From NCBI GenBank assembly GCA_964016885.1, contig OZ024742.1:258788001-258852000 (forward strand): a stretch of 64,000 nucleotides of DNA, read 5' to 3'. This DNA is from Eledone cirrhosa. Lineage: Eukaryota. The notes under the pieces are model-generated. The model made no database searches. It was not told where the DNA came from and worked only from the letters and a program-made list of their open reading frames with translations. Below, one piece after another: positions 58,134 to 64,000 of this stretch. Position 1 is the stretch's first letter. Each line of letters starts with the position of its first letter. A program made the translations under genes and the position numbers.

Positions 58134-58469
58134 ATAATATAAGATCAAAAAATGGTTAAAGGAGTTCCATATATTTTATTATGCGCATTTCAAAAACAAA
58201 CATCATCAAGCAATAATATTTGTGTTTTCATCAGATAAAACAGGAGAACATGATATGAAGGCTAAAAAACACTTGTTGATAGTGCAGTTTTAAATCAACA
58301 TATGTTGATTTAAAACTGCACTATCAACAAGTGTTTTTTAGCCTTCATATCATGTTCTCCTGTTTTATCTGATGAAAACACAAATATTATTGCTTGATGA
58401 TGTTTGTTTTTGAAATGCGCATAATAAAATATATGGAACTCCTTTATCCATCTTTTGATCTTATATTAT
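58134..58469. mobile_element. Almost perfect spacerless 336-bp palindrome with two intact divergent HHRs
   Basis: Axis at 58301/58302; gttttat-CTGATGA(58369)-long helix II-GAAA(58412)-tgcgca-TA-ataaaat; mirror core at 58228-58234. Confidence 0.9.
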
Positions 58470-58559
58470 ATATATATATATACCACCCCACTCTCAAGAG
58501 CGTGAAACTAATAAACCTTTGTTCGTAATGCCTCTCTGTTTTGTTCCCGTTCAATATTT

Positions 58560-58639
<80 letters not shown>

Positions 58640-58650
58640 TTTATATATAT

Positions 58651-58838
58651 ACGAACAAGTATGACCCCGACGGCACAGCTCAAGCCGTTTCGAAGGCTAT
58701 TTCTGGAAATAGCCGTCGAAACGGCTTGAGTTTTGCTGTCGGGGTCATACTTTTTCATATTTCCCACTCTACTACCCTAAGTATTGAGTACTCCGGTGCG
58801 TTATGGTCCATCTGGTTCCTTACCACAATTCCTTTGTT

Positions 58839-58840
<2 letters not shown>
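58651..58840. mobile_element. Half-HHR palindrome family C, copy 3
   Basis: Centre ggctatttc tg gaaatagcc; same tail as the other two copies. Confidence 0.75.
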
Positions 58841-58874
<34 letters not shown>

Positions 58875-58876
<2 letters not shown>

Positions 58877-60930
58877 TTTCTGAATTTGTTTATCAAGATG
58901 CTTTATCTGAAATCGTGTGTTGAAACCGATATTGTCATACTTTGGGAGGGTCATGTTGCCAATAAGAAACACACGCACCAGTAGCTTCCACTTCAATTTA
59001 TTATAAATTTGATAAATTTGATAAATTTGATAAATATAAATTCTATGGGACTCGTACTTAAACTTACATATAATAGGCCAGCAAGGGGCAGACCAACTAT
59101 CATTACTTCAATGGTCAAGAAAACTCACACATAAAGTTGGAACGGGTGGGCCAGAGACATACATATCTCCAAAAACCATGATATACTAAAGACGATGATC
59201 GCACATGCGGTGGGGGCCAGTATAAAACTAACCCTCAAAGAACATATGTTCAAATTTAATGGAAAAACATATGCCCAAGAGGAGGGAGCAGCCATTGGCG
59301 TTAGCATTGCAGGTGACATAGCTAACCTATTTATGGTATGGTTGGACAATAAACTTAAGAAAGAATTAGAAGACAACAATCTCTTAACCCTGATTATGTA
59401 CTCCCGCTGCGTTAATGATATAAATATCGTAGTAAAAACACCCCCACTAGAGAACTGTCAGGAATTAGAGAAATACACCATGGAAAGCATCCAGCAAATA
59501 GCTAACTCCATCCACCAAAGCATCACAGTTACTACAGACTACCCAAGCAAACAATCCAACTATCGATTACCTGCACTAGACACAGACCTCTGGTTAGAAA
59601 CCATTAATAACAAAAAATAAATCGTCCATTCCCATTATGCCAAACCCATGACTTCCAAATACCTGATCCATCGAAACTCAGCTGTTTCGGATCACATCAT
59701 AATCAATGTACGATTGCAGATTTGGTAAGGGTGGTGAGGAAAGTGTCGCGCATGTGCAACCCCAAAGTATTAGAGAGACACATACAACACTTCATCAATC
59801 GTATGCATTTCTCTGGCTAAAATCAGAGAGATAAAATCAGAGTATATAGATGAGCCAGAACCAAATGGGAAAAAATGGAAAATAATGATACAAATGGGAC
59901 CTGCCCCTTGTACAGGAGCAAATTTTGGAATAGAATAGAAAGAACTAGGAATAGGGTTAATAAAATAAACTCATTGTATGATAGTAATAAATACCAGAGT
60001 GTAATGTTCATCAATACAACCCCTAGAGGTGAACTAGCTTACCAATTTAGAAAGGGCCTTAGATAAACTTAAACTACATATTAAGATAGTGGAAAGACCA
60101 GGTACCTCCATAAAAACACTAATTAATAATGCATGCCCTGTATAGATAGGAAATGCATAATCTGTAAGCTAAGCATATTAACTGTAAGCATATTAACTGT
60201 AAGCATATTAACTGTAAGCATATTAACTGTAAAACTAGAAACATAGTATATAGCATAATATGTACTGAGGGACAATGCAAAAATAAGAATATAATATACA
60301 TAAGTGAGACAGCTGGTAGCATAGGAGAACGATTAAATGAACACTGGCGAGAACTCCAAGATAGAAAAGACTTATCAATACTCCACCAACATGCTAAAAT
60401 AGAACATAAGGGAAACATTAGAGAACATAGAGATAAAAATAGAATCTACACACAGAAAAGACGCAATGCTTAGACAAATCACAGAGGCATTAAACATTAA
60501 TGAACTCCAACCAAAATTAAATAGAAAACATGAATGGAATAGCAACATCACAACTTATAATTAAGGACAAAATGAAAACACACACATAGAACAAACAACT
60601 AACTAATAACATGTAAATAAACAAATAAATAAACAAATAAAAACACGCACAGGCACCCGGTGGTAACACATGCGCAAACTAAGCAGACAACACACAAAAA
60701 CAAGATGGCGTAGGACAGAACAAAGGAGAGGGACAAAACAAAGAAAAGAATCCGTAGTCACTGAATAGGTCACAGAATGTGTGACGAAAGAATTTTGAAA
60801 ATATATGAACAACCGTTCGGTTGTGGAACCAACCAACCAACCGGAAATTTATAAAATTTATAATAAATTGAAATGAAATAGGTGGTGAGTGTGTTTCTTA
60901 TTGGCAACATGACCCTCCCAAAGTTTAACA
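58875..60930 (+). mobile_element. Decayed PLE family F, longest copy, with short inverted pLTR
   Basis: FKFNGKTYAQEEGAAIG..IANLFM..YSRCVND..LPALD; GIY-YIG remnant ~60240-60540; ~58940-59030 is inverted relative to ~60850-60925; HHR-like core at 60761-60789. Confidence 0.85.
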
Positions 60931-60967
60931 ATATATATATATATATTTATATATATATATATGTATA

Positions 60968-61060
<93 letters not shown>

Positions 61061-61089
61061 TATATATATTGTTAAATATATATATATTG

Positions 61090-64000
61090 TTAAGACAGGG
61101 AGGAGAAACCGATAGTAATAAAAATGATAGTAATAAAAATGATCAATCTTACTAGTGCAGAACCAACACCCAACCTTATCAACTTACTCTCCAAAGGTCT
61201 TAAATTCACGCCGACCCCACTACGTCCTAACTACTATGAAATGAAGGAAGACATCACAGACTTCTGTAGAAAGTTACGACTTAGTGAACAACTATTCGAC
61301 CAGTACAATGAGGATGAATCATTAGCCAGAAATAGAAGCAATTACACCCCTTCAAAAGGTAGAAATAAAATCCTGGACGAATTCTGTGAACACATCACAA
61401 ACTTCCCTTACCAACACTTGCACAGACAAAAACACAAGCCAAACCTCAACAAGAAAGAATGGGAAGAATTAAATAGATTAAAAACCGACAGAACCATTAC
61501 AATTAAAGAGGCTGATAAAGGGAGTACAGTAGTCCTAATGGAGACAGAATTCTATATCAACTTAGCGCTCTCCACTTTGGAAAACGAAACATACTACGAA
61601 AAGGCTGAACACTACAATCAACAGAAAATTATGAGAAACCTAAAAACTCTAATCAACCAATACAAAGAAGGACTCACTAACAAGGAATTCAGCTTCATCA
61701 CAGACTTCACAAGTAAATCCAGCCTTTTCTACGGTATCCCTAAAGTACATAAAAGCGAATCAATCAGTAAGGCATGCAATGAAGCCACAGACATAGTCAT
61801 CAATGTCCCCTCACCCAATGATCTCAAATTAAGACCTATAATAGCAGGCCCCGCTTGCGAAACGCACCGTCTTAGCAACTTCATTGATACTCTTCTCAAA
61901 CCCTTCCTCAAGCACATCAAAAGCTATATAAGGGACGACCTAGATATGCTCAATCACCTCCCTAATATGCCACTTTCTGAACAAACCCTACTAGTGACGT
62001 TCGATGTAGTCAACCTATACTCCAACATCCCCCACAACCTAGGAATAGAAGCTATCCAATTCTGGCTGGATAACTTCCACAATGAACTCCCACAACGCAT
62101 CAAAAAGGAATTCGTGATAGAGGGACTCAAATTTATCTTGGAGAACAATTACTTCGTTTTCAATAACAAACCCTACAGGCAGAAATCTGGGACCGCTATG
62201 GGAACGAAAACAGCCCCTACTTATGCCAACCTAGTCATGGGATACCTGGAAATCACCCTCTACACTAAAGTCCTAAACAAATTTGGAAACACCCTCCACT
62301 TACACATTGAAAGGAACTGGAAGCGATATCTAGATGACTGCTTCATCCTTTGGCACGAAAACATCGAAAAACTTAAAGAATTTCACACCCTTATAAATGG
62401 GCTCAACACAAATATTAACTTCACGATGGAATACAGCCATCAACAACTCCCCTTCCTCGACATCCTCATTAAGATCCATAACAAAAAAATAGAAACAGAC
62501 ATATACTACAAGCCCACAGACATCAAGCAATACCTCCCCTTCAACTCTTGCCACCCTAGACACGTTAAAATTAATATTCCCTACAACTTAGCCAAGAGAA
62601 TCTGTACTATAGTCTCCAATAAAAACATCTGCTACTTACGGCTACAAGAACTAAAGGACACACTCATAGGCAGGGACTACCCTGCATCACTAATTGACAA
62701 TGGAATCCAACGTGCCCTAAAACTCAGTACCCAGGACCTTAGACACCCTAAAGTAAATCAACCAAAACTAAAAGCTCTTCCATACATCTCCACACACAAC
62801 CCCCTCAACAATGAGGCCTTTGACACCATCCTCCAGAACATCCCTGTATTGAAAAAGGACCATAGAATGAACCAAATTCTACGAACACACGATATAATAA
62901 AGAGCAAAAGACAATCCAAGTCAATGAAAAACATCTTAACACATGCCAAAGTACTGCCAACCACAACAACGAAACCCACAGTAAAAAAATGCGATAGACC
63001 CAACTGTGGCATTTGCATCAACCTAATAGAGGGTTCGGAATTCTATTTCAAAGATGGACAACGTTTTATAGTAAAACACAATTTCACATGTGCATCGGAA
63101 AATTTAATATATGTATTAACTTGTTCAGGTTGTCGAGAACAATACATAGGCCAGACCAAAAACAGCCTCCGCCAACGCATGACTGTCCATAGATCCCAAA
63201 TTAAAATACGGGAATACAGGAAAATACCACTGAGTGAACACATTGATACCTGTGCCGCCCAAAATCATCCCAACTTCAGAATCTTTCCCCTCTACAAATT
63301 TAAAGATAATGCCACCCACACCCAGCGCATCAGCAAGGAATCTTACTTCATTAAAAAATACGGACCCCGTCTAAACACTTCTCCCTAAGACGAACCCACA
63401 ACATACACACGTCAACATACATACCTACATCAGCACACATCTCTACCCACATATAAACACAATGACACACGTAAACACACATGCTCTATGGTGCAATACA
63501 AAAAAATATGTGCATATATATGTATGTATATATGTATATATATATATATATATATGTAGTGAAAATATATATGTGTGTGTGTGTGTATATATATAGGGTG
63601 AATATCATTTCACACCTTTTATTGTTAAGATTGTTGATGTTCTATTAAGAGAACCGATTTTACTGAAAAAATCGAATAATGTACACCATTTTACCAGGGG
63701 GAAAAAAATACTGGTCCACCCACACACGCACACACACACACACATATATACACAAACACATACACACGCGTACATCAACATACAAAGAGACTTATACACA
63801 CACACACACACGCACTTCTCCGTATAAGACAAAAGCTGAAAAATATCTTTTGACCTTCGAATGACTCTGCTGTGTGTATGTACGCACACACACACACACA
63901 CACACACACACTTATCTTAATAGCCATTTGACACACATCGCTGGTGGCTATTGTCGCAGCATCGAACACCTCACTACTACTACTACACACACACACATAC
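61090..64000 (+). mobile_element. PLE4 element; starts at (TA)n and runs off the window
   Basis: ORF plus (CA)n-rich 3' UTR homologous to 49208-49950; no 5' pLTR visible. Confidence 0.9.
61124..63388 (+). CDS. Uninterrupted PLE RT + GIY-YIG protein (Neptune-like), 754 aa
   Basis: [57 protein letters not shown], linker CxxxxCxxC, LIY..CxxC..YIG, R..H, N-terminal core present. Confidence 0.95.
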   Translation: MIVIKMINLTSAEPTPNLINLLSKGLKFTPTPLRPNYYEMKEDITDFCRKLRLSEQLFDQYNEDESLARNRSNYTPSKGRNKILDEFCEHITNFPYQHLHRQKHKPNLNKKEWEELNRLKTDRTITIKEADKGSTVVLMETEFYINLALSTLENETYYEKAEHYNQQKIMRNLKTLINQYKEGLTNKEFSFITDFTSKSSLFYGIPKVHKSESISKACNEATDIVINVPSPNDLKLRPIIAGPACETHRLSNFIDTLLKPFLKHIKSYIRDDLDMLNHLPNMPLSEQTLLVTFDVVNLYSNIPHNLGIEAIQFWLDNFHNELPQRIKKEFVIEGLKFILENNYFVFNNKPYRQKSGTAMGTKTAPTYANLVMGYLEITLYTKVLNKFGNTLHLHIERNWKRYLDDCFILWHENIEKLKEFHTLINGLNTNINFTMEYSHQQLPFLDILIKIHNKKIETDIYYKPTDIKQYLPFNSCHPRHVKINIPYNLAKRICTIVSNKNICYLRLQELKDTLIGRDYPASLIDNGIQRALKLSTQDLRHPKVNQPKLKALPYISTHNPLNNEAFDTILQNIPVLKKDHRMNQILRTHDIIKSKRQSKSMKNILTHAKVLPTTTTKPTVKKCDRPNCGICINLIEGSEFYFKDGQRFIVKHNFTCASENLIYVLTCSGCREQYIGQTKNSLRQRMTVHRSQIKIREYRKIPLSEHIDTCAAQNHPNFRIFPLYKFKDNATHTQRISKESYFIKKYGPRLNTSP

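Noticed and set aside
60160-60232. 15-bp tandem repeat (ctgtaagcatattaa) giving LQLIC repeats
   Set aside because: Local slippage within a dead PLE ORF

Overview
AT-rich eukaryotic DNA, probably from an octopod cephalopod (inferred from a recurring tRNA-headed SINE and dense (TA)n/(CA)n tracts). No host gene is clearly identifiable, and nearly all short ORFs in the track are microsatellite artefacts. The window is dominated by Penelope-like retroelements (PLEs; RT plus C-terminal GIY-YIG endonuclease): one near full-length with direct pseudo-LTRs (pLTRs), one 5'-truncated with a 1.06-kb inverted pLTR, one with an intact 754-aa ORF, and several decayed copies. The main signal is a dense set of type-I hammerhead ribozyme (HHR) motifs (CUGAnGA...GAAA...UH, mostly with palindromic helix III), roughly 35-40 intact or decayed cores found by eye. 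They occur in PLE pLTRs, in many short head-to-head palindromic elements inside (TA)n, and in two non-coding tandem retrozyme-like families. One family is a near-identical 310-bp array at 32.3-35.5 kb that flips orientation. The other is a ~420-bp unit, a dimer of which is fused in inverted orientation to a truncated PLE. Several HHRs have very large branched helix II domains. RTE-like and CRE-like LINE remnants, SINEs and a possible Helitron-like element make up the rest. All structures were assigned by eye; no folding or database search was run.
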